From positions 198,360,225 through 198,408,241 of the forward strand of contig NC_068981.1 in assembly GCF_001194135.2 (NCBI RefSeq): a DNA stretch of 48,017 nt, given 5' to 3'. The DNA comes from Octopus bimaculoides. Taxonomy: Eukaryota. Position 1 is the first letter of the stretch. Each line of letters opens with the position of its first letter. Both the position numbers and the translations under genes were made by a program. Of the stretch, positions 11,950-22,448 are shown one piece after another. Below the pieces are notes generated by a model. The model saw nothing but the letters and a program-made list of their open reading frames with translations. It was not told the DNA's origin and searched no databases.

Positions 11950-12184
11950 CACCATTTCGATCGTGGCCGTTGCCAGTATCGCCTGACTGGCCTTCGTGCA
12001 GGTGACACGTAAAAGCACCTACTACACTCTCGGAGTGGTTGGCGTTAGGAAGGGCATCCAGCTGTAGAAACTCTGCCAAATCAGATTGGAGCCTGGTGTT
12101 GCCATCCGGTTTCACCAGTCCTCAGTCAAGTCGTCCAACCCATGCCAGCATGGAAAGCGGACGTTAAACGATGATGATGATGAT
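11950..12184 (+). mobile_element. Young RTE-derived 3' end / SINE with (GAT)n tail
   Basis: ~96% identical in reverse complement to 8686-8868. Confidence 0.9.
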
Positions 12185-12874
12185 TTATGTTCCAGATAAC
12201 ATCAAGTTATTTTATTAAATTCTTCATTATTGTCAAAAGTATTTTAAATAAAGGCAAAGTGTTTCTGCAGAAATATGGCAACAAAAGGATTAGAACTTAA
12301 AACCTGACAAGTTAATGAACCCTTCTTAATTGTAAAGCAACCAGTCTACTCCAAATAGAGCTGATGGTGGTGGTGGTCATGGCTGTGGTGAACAGCTATT
12401 CAAGGGAAACAGGCTTCAGGGACAATGCTGTTTCTAAGCACTGCAAGAACTTTCGTCAGGTGAAAATGCTTTTGTATTTTATTTTTAGATTGAATTTAGT
12501 TGGGGGTGGGGGTGGGGACAAATCACTAAAGCAAAGGGCAAAACATCTTGCAGTATTTGAGCCCCTTTTTAACATTCCGAGTTCAAATCTCACCAGGGTT
12601 TAACTTCATTTTTCATCAATGAAATAAAATACTATTCTCGCTCAACCTTGACGTGTGCTGCTGCTGCTGCTATGCTTCGTAGCTGCTATCTTTGTCACAT
12701 CAAGCTATGGTTGAATGATCCCAGAGGATCTGAGTTCCTATCGGAGTTACAGCCTCTCCAAAAAGGGTCAGAAAACCATGTCTTCTTGAGACATCCGAGT
12801 TTGAATGGGGTTTCAATGCTCTTGCTAAGCCTCACCACTTTACAGAGGATGTCTCTGTTAAATGTATTCAATTA

Positions 12875-13227
12875 GGCGCAGGAGTGGCTGTGTGGTAAGT
12901 AGCTTGCTTACGAACCACATGGTTCTGGGTTCAGTCCCACTGTGTGGCACTTTGGGCAAGTGTCTTCTACTATAGCCTCGGGCCGACCAAAGCCTTGTGA
13001 GTGGATTTGGTAGACGGAAACTGAAAGAAGCCCATCGTATATATGTATATACATGTCTGTGTGTGTGTATATGTTTGTATGTCTGTGCTTGTTCCCCCAA
13101 CATCGCTTAACAACCGATAGAATAAGTACTAGGCTTCCAAAGAATAAGTCCTGGGGTCGATTTCTTCGACTAAAGGCGGTGCTCCAGCATGGCCACAGTC
13201 AAATGACTGAAACAAGTAAAAGAGTAA
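12875..13227 (+). mobile_element. SINE family A, near full length with internal deletion
   Basis: Head ggcgcaggagtggctgtgtggtaag...gggttcagtccc (A/B-box-like), internal TA/TG microsatellite, tail ...gactgaaacaagtaaaagag. Confidence 0.9.
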
Positions 13228-13285
13228 TTTTAAAGTCAGAGAAATAGAAACACAAAAAAAGATTTTAGTTGCAATGAGGCATTAC

Positions 13286-13353
13286 CTGAATTTACTAATA
13301 TATTTCTGATTCATCAGTCTTGGTCTCAAATATTTCACTTCTGATATGTTTCC
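13286..13353 (-). CDS. ZER1: ZER1 exon: GNISEVKYLRPRLMNQKYISKF(S)
   Basis: ctgtttcag| acceptor and AG|gtaatg donor; 68 nt, phase 0-2; matches 'GNVAEVKELRPQLM'. Confidence 0.93.
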
Positions 13354-13559
13354 CTGAAACAGAAGAAATACTTGAAAAGATATTTCAAGGACATCCACTG
13401 GACACACATCACTGAACACTGTCTACTTAACACTTAGCAATCATATTCTTCCAAATTCAATTCCCTTGTAGAGCACCTTGGGGCAAGTGTCTTCTACTCT
13501 AACCATTAGCTTTCAACACATTCACCCCCATTGCAAATTAAACCCTCCAGCTAGCAGAA

Positions 13560-13974
13560 GTTACCATTTATTTCTAGGGAACCTTCTGGCTATTTGATGA
13601 AATCTATTTCCTGTGTGGCCCCAATGTTTATTGATCCTATCCCCCTGTCATCCATGAAGTCTACTTCTTCTTCTAGGCTGCCTGAAATTCCACGACACCT
13701 TTTCTGCTTACTAAACACGGTCATTTCCCAGATGGCAGCAAAGACCCTATACTCCCTCTCAATTCTAAGAGTTGCTCCCATATTTGGGAGTTTTTCTCTC
13801 TCGAATCACCACTGATTCCACTCTAAGAGCTGGGTCATCAGCAAATAGGGATCCCCATGGAGGGCTATAACAAACTGGACAGACCAGTGGATAGATCCTT
13901 GATGAATTCCTACTTGAATGCCAAATTCTTAGCTGAAATCATTGCCAACTTCTGCTTTTCTAACAGTCTCTTGG
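13560..13974 (-). mobile_element. Old RTE LINE RT-core fragment, interrupted at 13975 by the TIR element
   Basis: Minus-strand EFGIQVGIHQGSI..LQFVIAL and LFADD(P)ALRVES, i.e. degenerate GVHQGSVLSP and YADD motifs. Confidence 0.65.
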
Positions 13975-13978
13975 TATA

Positions 13979-14701
13979 GGGCTTTCCTATAAGTAGGTTA
14001 TCTCCCTTGGCTAGGCGGCGCTCCATGTAGATAATTAAACTTCCGGAGGCTAACCCACGCCATTGTTATTGTTTTACGTCTTATCATGGATATAAAGCAG
14101 CTTGATGATTCAGCTATCGAAGTACTTACTGTGCCTGAGTTAAAGAAATATTTAAGATTATATGGACAGTATGTTACTGGAAGAAAGGCGGACTTGATTG
14201 AAAGGTTGAAAGGTATAAAAATTCTGTCGATATGTCAACAAAGTAAATTCATCGGACGATAAGTCTGAAGTATCGGACGATACTTNNNNNNNNNNNNNNN
14301 NNNNNNNNNNNNNNNNNNNNNNNNNNNNNNNNNNNNNNNNNNNNNNNNNNNNNNNNNNNNNNNNNNNNNNNNNNNNNNNNNNNNNNNNNNNNNNNACGGA
14401 TGAAAGCAAAGCAACAGTTAAGGAGTGGCATATTTTACCACGACAGACACGTACACAGCATCGAATACCACGATGTGAGTGAAAGCTGCTCTCACTGTAT
14501 TGTCCGGTGTCTGGTAATCCCTTCGATACCGACATCAAACCAAAAAAAGAATCCTGACCACAGAGTGTGGGTAATTATGTCAAATGTCACTGGCAATGTG
14601 TATTCAGCTGATTGCAACTGTTAAAGCAAGTCACTGAGCATGCGTACATGTCATACGGGAGAGTTCCAATCAGGGGTGGATAACACCTTATAGGAAAGCC
14701 C
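13979..14701 (+). mobile_element. Non-autonomous TIR DNA transposon (15-bp TIR GGGCTTTCCTATAAG, TATA duplication) carrying a SAP/SWIM-like ORF remnant
   Basis: Perfect inverted termini at 13979-13993 and 14687-14701, with TATA at 13975-78 and 14702-05; internal ORF remnants; gap 14286-14395. Confidence 0.85.
14086..14624 (+). pseudogene. Disrupted SAP-domain plus SWIM-like Zn-finger ORF inside the TIR element
   Basis: 14086-14262: MDIKQLDDSAIEVLTVPELKKYLRLYGQYVTGRKADLIERLKG (SAP consensus L.V.ELK..L...G...G.KADLI.RL), then a frameshift. 14400-14624 ends VWVIMSNVTGNVYSADCNC*. Confidence 0.75.
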
Positions 14702-14985
14702 TATATAACTTGTCTGGTCCTCCCCATCCATTCATTATGTCCTAGTCTTCTCAGTGACTACCAAATCAGGAGCTGGGAACTCTTTCAAAGCTTTACAAAT
14801 GTCAGCTATAGTGATTTATTCCTGACTAAGTATTTCTCCTGTAGTTGCTAAGAAAACAGAATCAGTTGGACTACACCCAGGCGCAGAGTCAAACTCCATT
14901 TAATCCTGATTGATTTTCATCCAAATCTTTTCACTTACAACCCATTCTGCATTCTGATCCAACAGTTTGTTATCCCAGTAATTAT

Positions 14986-15027
<42 letters not shown>

Positions 15028-15895
15028 ATGGATCTCCATTGCCTTTGAAGAGGATGCTGCTAATTCTAAATACATTAGAACTGGTTTGGTTTTAGACCAG
15101 CATCGATGACGCTTCACTGCACCCATTCTAGACAGCATCCAAAAGCAAGACCATCTGACTGATTGATATCAAGTCAGCCAGTTGCCACACATCTCTGGGG
15201 CGCATAGATAGGCTGTCTCTGCTGTATCCCCTACTGGTCTTGTACCTGTAGGGGACACAGGAACCTCTGACTCATTCATTTCTCTTCTCCCTAATTGTGC
15301 TCTTTCCTCATCTACTGGGCCCTGCACCAACCAATAAACTCAGGCGCTTGCTCTCACTATCAACTCTCTGGGATTACTATGTTGTGCACGTTTTCCTGAC
15401 AACCGTCAACATAACCATGAAGGCTGGTGAGGGTTAGAGCTACCCCCGCCCCACCCCGCTGTTCTGCACCAAACTAATCCAATCAAAGATGCAAGATATG
15501 CATGTGCAGCAGATGTTTGGCTTCATTGAGGGTTCACAGCTCCAGGACAACAGACGTGATTAGAGAGTCTCTGAAAAGGACCGCAAGATGAGCCGACTGG
15601 ACGGAGGCCTAGGGGTAGACCAATAACGAAAGGGTCGAATAATATCCATAGCCTCAGTTGATCACACTTTGGAAATCCAGAAAAAACTTAATGATATTTG
15701 CTTCTGATGGGACCCTATGAAGGAGGTGCCTAAGGACTCTACCCCAATGACCCTTCCAGTAACGGTCAGCAGAGAAGACAGATGACTGGAAACAATAAGA
15801 GATTTGACAAAGTACACAAGCCCATGCTGTTGGCAAGATTTCAACATAAAAGTCTTCAGACAAGTTTCTCAAGTAATCATGTAGGAGTTCTTTAA

Positions 15896-16116
15896 CCCTT
15901 TAGTGTTCGCATTATTCTGCCAAAATTGATGCTTTTTTATCCACATTGTTTTGAACTAATCATGCATTATCTTGTAGCTATGAAATTTTGATGAGGTAGC
16001 TGCTACTTTTTAAAACAATATTGTAGGGTTGGTGTGAGAGACCAGACCTGGCCAGTTCTAACATAAAACAGGCAGAATACTTTTGGCCGGATATGGCCGG
16101 TTTAAATGTTAAAGGG
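15896..16116. mobile_element. piggyBac-like MITE (TTAA|CCCTTT...AAAGGG|TTAA)
   Basis: TTAA at 15892-95 and 16117-20 with inverted termini; related copies at 30252-30457 and 41553-41740. Confidence 0.8.
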
Positions 16117-16168
16117 TTAAAACAAAAAATAAAACATTGTAAAAAAAAAAAAAAGACTGTTATTTTAC

Positions 16169-16216
16169 CATAAGTCCCATCATGTTTCTGAGTAACTCTG
16201 GTTTCTCAGGAAATTC
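16169..16216 (-). CDS. ZER1: ZER1 exon: EFPEKPELLRNMMGLM
   Basis: ttttttgtag| acceptor and |gtaaaa donor; 48 nt, phase 0-0; matches 'EFPEKQELHRNMLGLL'. Confidence 0.93.
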
Positions 16217-16499
16217 CTACAAAAAAATATTTTCAATATTAACACATGTAGAAAGCATTAGTAGTTTTCAAACTCAGATAATTTCACAAATAATTTTGAT
16301 AATTAGTTCATATATAAATTAATTAATCACTACGCATATAAACTAAAATCTTCACTATTTGAAAATTTGACATGTGTTAATGAACATTAAACCAATTTTC
16401 AATGGTAAAAAGTCATGAAAATAAATTTAAAGCTTATCAAATAAAAATATGGAACAGTTCTTTTGAGAGATTTAAAGGAGTTGTTGAAGTGGAACCTAC

Positions 16500-16570
16500 C
16501 TTGAGACACTGAATAAATAATTCCATGCCGTCTCCATCCATGAATTTTTCACAGTTTGAAGGAGTCTCAT
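16500..16570 (-). CDS. ZER1: ZER1 exon: (D)ETPSNCEKFMDGDGMELFIQCLK
   Basis: ttctttctgtgcag| acceptor and AAG|gtaggt donor; 71 nt, phase 1-0. Confidence 0.94.
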
Positions 16571-16649
16571 CTGCACAGAAAGAAATATATTTAATTGACT
16601 TCATTGAACAGTCTCAGAGCAACGCCCACTGTTATCATCACAAATGTTC

Positions 16650-17109
16650 ATCATATGGAACTCGTCAAGCCGAGTGAGACCATAGTCGTGGCTGATGCTG
16701 GTATCACATAACTGGCACCCGTGCCAGTGGCACGTAAAAAGCACCTTTCGGGCATTGGGCCTCACGGAGGCAAAGTGGCTGAGTTCCTTTCAAGGGTTGG
16801 GCCTCATGGAGGCAATGACCGAGACCTTTGGCATTATGTCGTGCTTGAGAAGAAGACCCATGAAGCTGAGCACAATCGCAGTCAAGGCAGATATCAGTGT
16901 CACACAAATGGCACACGTGCCAGCAGCACGTAGAAACATCCATTACACTCTCGGAGTGGTTGGCATTAGGAAGGGCTTCCAGCATATAGAAAACCATACC
17001 GAAGTCAGACTGGAGTCTGGTGCAGCCTTCCAGCATGCCAGCCCTGGTCAAACTGTCCGACCCATGCCAGCATGGACAATGGACGTTAAATGATGATGAT
17101 GATGATGAT
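16650..17109 (+). mobile_element. RTE-derived 3' element with (GAT)n tail
   Basis: Contains LGLTEAMT..DLWHYVVLEKKT remnant and the shared 3' block. Confidence 0.85.
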
Positions 17110-17169
17110 ATGCATCATACACCCCTCAATACGACTCCCCTCTCCCAGTTGAAGGGGGTTTGTCTTGCA

Positions 17170-17390
17170 AGGTACTTAGTGACACTGGCAGTACTGGTAT
17201 CATGTACAAAATGCCAGTGCTGGTGCCAGTGCAATTTGTCAAGTGGTTGGCATTAGGAAGGGCATCCAGCTGCAGAAACCATGTCAAAACAGATAATGGA
17301 ACTAGGTGCAGCTCTCCAGCCATGCCAGTTTCCATCAAACCGTCCAACCCATATCAGCAGGGAAAATAAATGTTAAATGATGATGATGAT
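17170..17390 (+). mobile_element. Second tandem RTE-derived 3' end
   Basis: gtggttggcattaggaagggcatccagctg...aatgttaaatgatgatgatgat. Confidence 0.75.
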
Positions 17391-17689
17391 ATTTCATTGT
17401 ACATATTGCTATCACAGTGTTATGTTAATTACGTGAGATACTTTCAAAGTAACTGTAATTAACTTCATTCATCTTGTAAATCTATCAGACATACAGGTAG
17501 TTCACCTGTAATCTATGCCAAGACTCATTAGTGTCACAGAAATCCACATTTACGACAGCACAATACCAATGACCCCTTATTACAGACCATTTCTGACAAA
17601 GAACAGGAAACTTCTTTAGAATAACATGTCCTGTCAATTCCTAACATATCAGACAGAACACATTAACAGTTAGTTAGAACATAAATGGT

Positions 17690-17872
17690 TTCAAATATTG
17701 GCACAAGGCCAGCAATTTCGGTAGAGAGAGTAAGTCGATTACATTGACCCGAGTATGCGACTGGTATTTATTTTATCAAATCTGAAAGGTTGAAAGAGAA
17801 GAACATAAAGATGGATGCAATACTGCTAAGCATTTCACCCGGTGCAGCAACAATTCTGTCAGTTTGCTGTCT
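17690..17872 (-). mobile_element. SINE family B, degenerate
   Basis: ggcacaaggccagcaattt...gtcgattacattgacccgagta..actggtatttattttatc. Confidence 0.7.
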
Positions 17873-18634
17873 TATGTTAGTTAGAACATATCAACAGGTT
17901 ACACACAGATGCTGATTAGATGTGGTTTGAGGGGAAGGGTAGTTCTTGTCACTCTTTTCCGCTACGTAATCACCGTCATGGGTGTGTGCCTCTTGACCCT
18001 CCACGGCCACTGCTGCTCCTAACACCTCAAGCCATCCGCTCGTGAGTGCCCTCACCTCTGCTGTCGTAGTCATCCACTGCCTCACGTCCCAACAGCAACC
18101 GTGCTCACTACTGGCCATCGTACACAGCGCTGGCAGCAGGAAAATATGAAATTGGTGATGAGGAGGAGGAGGAACCACCGCCACATTTCCACTTTCTCCA
18201 CTGATGTGTTGGGTGGGTTGTCATGGTCTTGATCAATTGCCAGTGGAAGATATTGATCTGAAAGGACCAACGGTTTCTACACATTGAGTTGGATTCTGTT
18301 AGTGGATGTCCTTCCTAACGTCAACCAGTCTACAGAGTGGACTGGGTGCTTTTTCTCTCATGACACCAACACAGGAGACGTTTAGGATGAAGGGTCTTCA
18401 TTGATGCAAGACTAAACGGACCTCAGCCCTACACTTCTTTCTTCGTTTCGCCAACCAACTTTAGAAGAGTGAACAATAGATGGGGGTGATGGGGCCTTGT
18501 AGACAGTAAATGGAGATTTACAGAGAGTAGCAATGATACCATGGCCAGACGTGTTTCTCGTTGAAGACTGGAAACAAACAACCTCTCCTGTAAGCTGGTG
18601 ATGCTCGTTTACAACCACCAGATAATGTTAAGAC

Positions 18635-18825
18635 AAAGTTACACACACGCAATACATAGATGGTGGACTTGTATCAGTTTCTGTCTACCAACTCAAGTGA
18701 CAAGCTTTGGTTGGCCCAGGGTTATAATAGAAAACACTTGTCCAAAGTGTCACAGGCTAGGACTGAACCTGACTACACATGGTTGAGAAGCATGCTTCAA
18801 AACCACACAGCCATGTCTGCACCTG
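18635..18825 (-). mobile_element. SINE family A head, degenerate
   Basis: Reverse complement of the head (accacacagccatg...gacacttgtccaaagtg). Confidence 0.65.
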
Positions 18826-19439
18826 AATAACTATTGACAGACCAAATGTATGTGTGTGTGTGTAAAATCTATATTTAGGGAGTGGAACAGGTAAAAATCC
18901 AGGCTGCATGTACCCTAGCTAGCTGATCCTTTGATGTAATAATTATTGAATGAGGTGTACTCAGTCAGCAGCTACCAGGCTAAGGAGACCTTAATTATGT
19001 GGTTACATTGTCATTTGGGAATTCCAAGTTAATACCCCATGGATGTAATTTGAAATTCTTCCAGATGAAGGAATCCTTGGCTTGTTGAGTATCCAGCAGA
19101 AGGCTCATTGTTAATTAATTACTACATCAGAGGATCAGCAAGCTAGGAATCATATGTGGCCTCGATTTTACCCATTCCACTCCCGAAATTCACATTCATA
19201 GCAACTCTAGTTGCTAAAAGTGAGTTATACAGAAATTTCCAGCTTATTGAATTTCTTTGTAACTTCAATATGGGGAAGAGTAACCAGCGATGCCAATAAA
19301 TTGTTATTGTTTCTGAAGGTACATGATCCACTTTTTGTTTTCTCTACCTGCCATGGACTGCTTGAAGCTTACAAACTTCCTACACTTGGATCCTTGTACC
19401 TTACCCTTGTATAACGATGAAACATGACAAAGTAGTGAA

Positions 19440-19952
19440 GTAATATTTTTCGGAGGATGAGGTGGTGAAGCATGATTTTTGGAGATGCTGAGTTTCACAA
19501 AGGTGATGACAAGTGACTGAGATCTTTGGCGATGTGCTCTGCTTAAAAGGACCCAACAAGCCAAGTGCACCCATGCGGGTGGCACATAAGAAAATCAACC
19601 TTGAATGTTGGGCCTCATGGAGGCAGGGTGGCTGAGTTCCTTTTGAGCGTTGGGCCTGAGGGAGGCAATGACCAAGACCTTTGGCATTATGTTATGTTTC
19701 AGAAGACCCATCACACTGAGCAAAATCACAGTCATGGCAGATACCAGTGTCACACAAATGGCACCCATGCTAGTGGCATGTAAAAGCACCCATTACACTC
19801 TTGGAGTGGTTGGTGTTAGGAAGGGCATCCAACTGTAGAAAACATGCCAAATCAGACTGGGGGCTGGTGAAGGCCTTCAAGCTTACCAGTCCTGGTCAAA
19901 CTGTCTAACCCATGCCAGCATGGACAATGGACGTTAAATGATGATGATGATG
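19440..19952 (+). mobile_element. RTE-derived 3' element with (GAT)n tail
   Basis: DEVVKHD..., gttgggcctcatggaggca, shared 3' block. Confidence 0.85.
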
Positions 19953-20819
19953 TTTGTGTGTGTGTATACAGGGACCAAATAATAATTGGCAGACCTGTTA
20001 TAAATATAGGAGACAATATTTGATAGAAATGATGTAAATCAAGGGCCACAAGTGTGGTAGACAAAACAATTGATGAGATGAAGATGGGGAAAGCAAGTGG
20101 TTTATCAGGGACAGTGAGATGCACGAAATGACTGATGAGGCAGGTTACGTGAACACCATCTGAACAGTTAATCAAGTAATAATTAATGGAAGGTGTTAGA
20201 TCTATTAATTGGTGGAGTAGTTTTATGGGAAACTGCTACAGAGGCAAAGGTGATGCAGTAGAAAAAGAGAATTAGGAAGGTATGAAACTACTGGACAGGG
20301 TGTGAAGGTCATGGAAAGAGCCATAACATAGGGATAGAGTTAACTTTGATGAAATGATGATGATGGCGGGGATATCAGACAGTAATAATGGTAGCAGAGA
20401 AATTCTTTATAGAATTATTTTGTATTTTCATGAATTGGCTTAAAAAAAAAAATCTTTTCATTTCTTAACTCATTATAGTTCAGTTAAATAAAAGTTCACT
20501 TTATAACTGAGGAATTTAAGACTGGCTGCCCCTGGGAGCCCCTCCATGCTGATCACCTTGTACTGGCTGAATCACTACCAAAACTCATCATTGTTAAACG
20601 TCTGCACCCTCATGCTGGCATGGTGGGGGTTGACAAAAACCGGCCAGGCAGAAGCCTACACCAGACTTCTGTGACTGTTTTGGCACCAACCACTCAGTAC
20701 AGTGGACTTAGTAGTTTTTACGTGGCACAAGCACAGAACTAGGGAAGAAATTTCTGTTGTAGAAGCAAGGCCTGGAATCAAATGGCCTTATAGTTAATTT
20801 AGCAAAGACCAAAGTATTG

Positions 20820-21600
20820 ATAAGTAGGAAAGCAGACACAGATCCCTTCAGGGAGATGGCCCTGCTTGATATGTAGAAAAGGTGTCGGGAGAAACTTCAT
20901 GCAAGTTATGGATATGTAAGAGGTGCAGCAGTATCACTGAGTGACTAACAGAGACAGCAGTCTTTACATGTGGCAGATGTGCAGCTACATTAAACATCAG
21001 GAATTTTTTAAAAAATAGCCTCCCTCAAATGTCAGGGGAGATCCTTAGAAGTAGTAGAGAGTTTCTGTTACTTAGGTGACCAAGTTAGCAGAGGTGGAGG
21101 TTGTTCTGAAAGCATAACTGCTGGAATAAGAACAGGCTGGGCAGAGCTCAGAGAGTTACTACCTCTGTTGTTAAAGAAGAGCCTTTCCCTCAGAGTGAAA
21201 GGCAGATTGTATGATGCCAGTGTATGAACAGCTATGCTACATGGCAATGAGACATGGGCTGTGACTACTGAGGACATGTGAAGGTTTGAAAGAAATGAAG
21301 CCAGTGTGCTCTGCTGGATGGGTAATGTCAGTGTGTATATACAAGAGTATATATGTACGTATACATGGCAGATTTGAGAGAAGAACTCGGTATATGAGAC
21401 ATCAAATGTAGTGTGCAAGAGAGGAGACTGCACTGGTATGGTCATGTGATGCGTATAAATGAAGACAGCTGGATCAAGAGGTGCCAATTGTAGAGGGAGC
21501 ATGTGGAAGGGGTAGATCCAGGAAGACGTGAGACAAAGTGGCAAGAAAGGATCATCAGATGTTGGGCCTCACAGAGGGGATAACAGGGAACCAAGACTGA
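20820..21600 (+). mobile_element. RTE LINE RT C-terminal fragment including Cys-rich (PHD-like) insertion
   Basis: PSGRWPCLICRKGVGRN, KLWICKRCS, FTCGRC, SFCYLGDQVS.GGGCSES, LHGNETWAV; several stops and frameshifts. Confidence 0.85.
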
Positions 21601-22019
21601 AAGAAGCTCGTTTTGTGTGTGAATGTCTGTCTGTTCCCGAATACCACTTGGTGTGCTTACGTTCCCATAACTTAGCAGTTCGGCAAAAGAGATCAACAGG
21701 ATAAGTACCAGGCTTCAAATAATAAGTACTCATTCATTCAACCAAAAATTCTTCAAGGCAGCATGGCCACAGTCTAATGACAGAAACAAGTAAAAGGTAG
21801 AAAGAAAAGACTGGAATGTATAATATTTGAAAAGTTCTCAGTTGTCAAGGAATTAAGGAATGGAAGAGAAATGGTAAATAAGGAATTTGGAAGATACCTA
21901 AACGAACCTCAGCACTATTCTTTACTTCTTTGAGTCATTGGGGACTGTGGCTATGCTGGAGCATTGCTTTGAGGGGCCTTTTTTTTTGTTTTAAAGTCTA
22001 ACACTGATTCTATCTAATT

Positions 22020-22327
22020 TTGTTGGGACTCACAGAGGGGATGACAGGGGACCGAGACCCCTGTCGGTTTGCAGGGCCTGAAAAGACACATCACACTAAG
22101 TAAAAGTGTGGTTGCCCCTGCATCCCTCTCCAGCAGAGCATCCCTAATCTTGTGGGCTTGTAAGCGCTATAAAGTGGTTGGTGTTAGGAAGCGCATCCAA
22201 CCGTAGAAACCATGACAAAACAGACATGGAGCCTGAACAGCCCTTCAGCTGGTCAGCTCCCGTTCAACTGTCCCATCCATGCCAGCATGGAAAACGGATG
22301 TTGGATGATGATGATGATGATGATGAT
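22020..22327 (+). mobile_element. RTE-derived 3' end; its (GAT)n tail ends ~30 nt from the exon 22358 donor
   Basis: gttgggactcacagagggg...ccatgccagcatggaaaacggatgttggatgatgat. Confidence 0.75.
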
Positions 22328-22357
22328 GTTAAAAGAAGCCATCCGCAGTCCACCTAC

Positions 22358-22448
22358 CAGTCACATTCCACATGGTACTCCAGGAAACCTCCAAAGTCTC
22401 ATCACAAACTTTACTCTCAAGTTTCCGCCGAACAATGGAGAGCATGGT
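22358..22448 (-). CDS. ZER1: ZER1 exon: TMLSIVRRKLESKVCDETLEVSWSTMWNVT(D)
   Basis: ttgttttcag| acceptor and G|gtaggt donor; 91 nt, phase 0-1; ARM-repeat WS..WN.TD motif. Confidence 0.94.

Noticed and set aside
12875-12950. tRNA-like A/B-box sequence (also at 33378 and 34599)
   Set aside because: It is the head of a multi-copy SINE, with no complete cloverleaf; not a tRNA gene.
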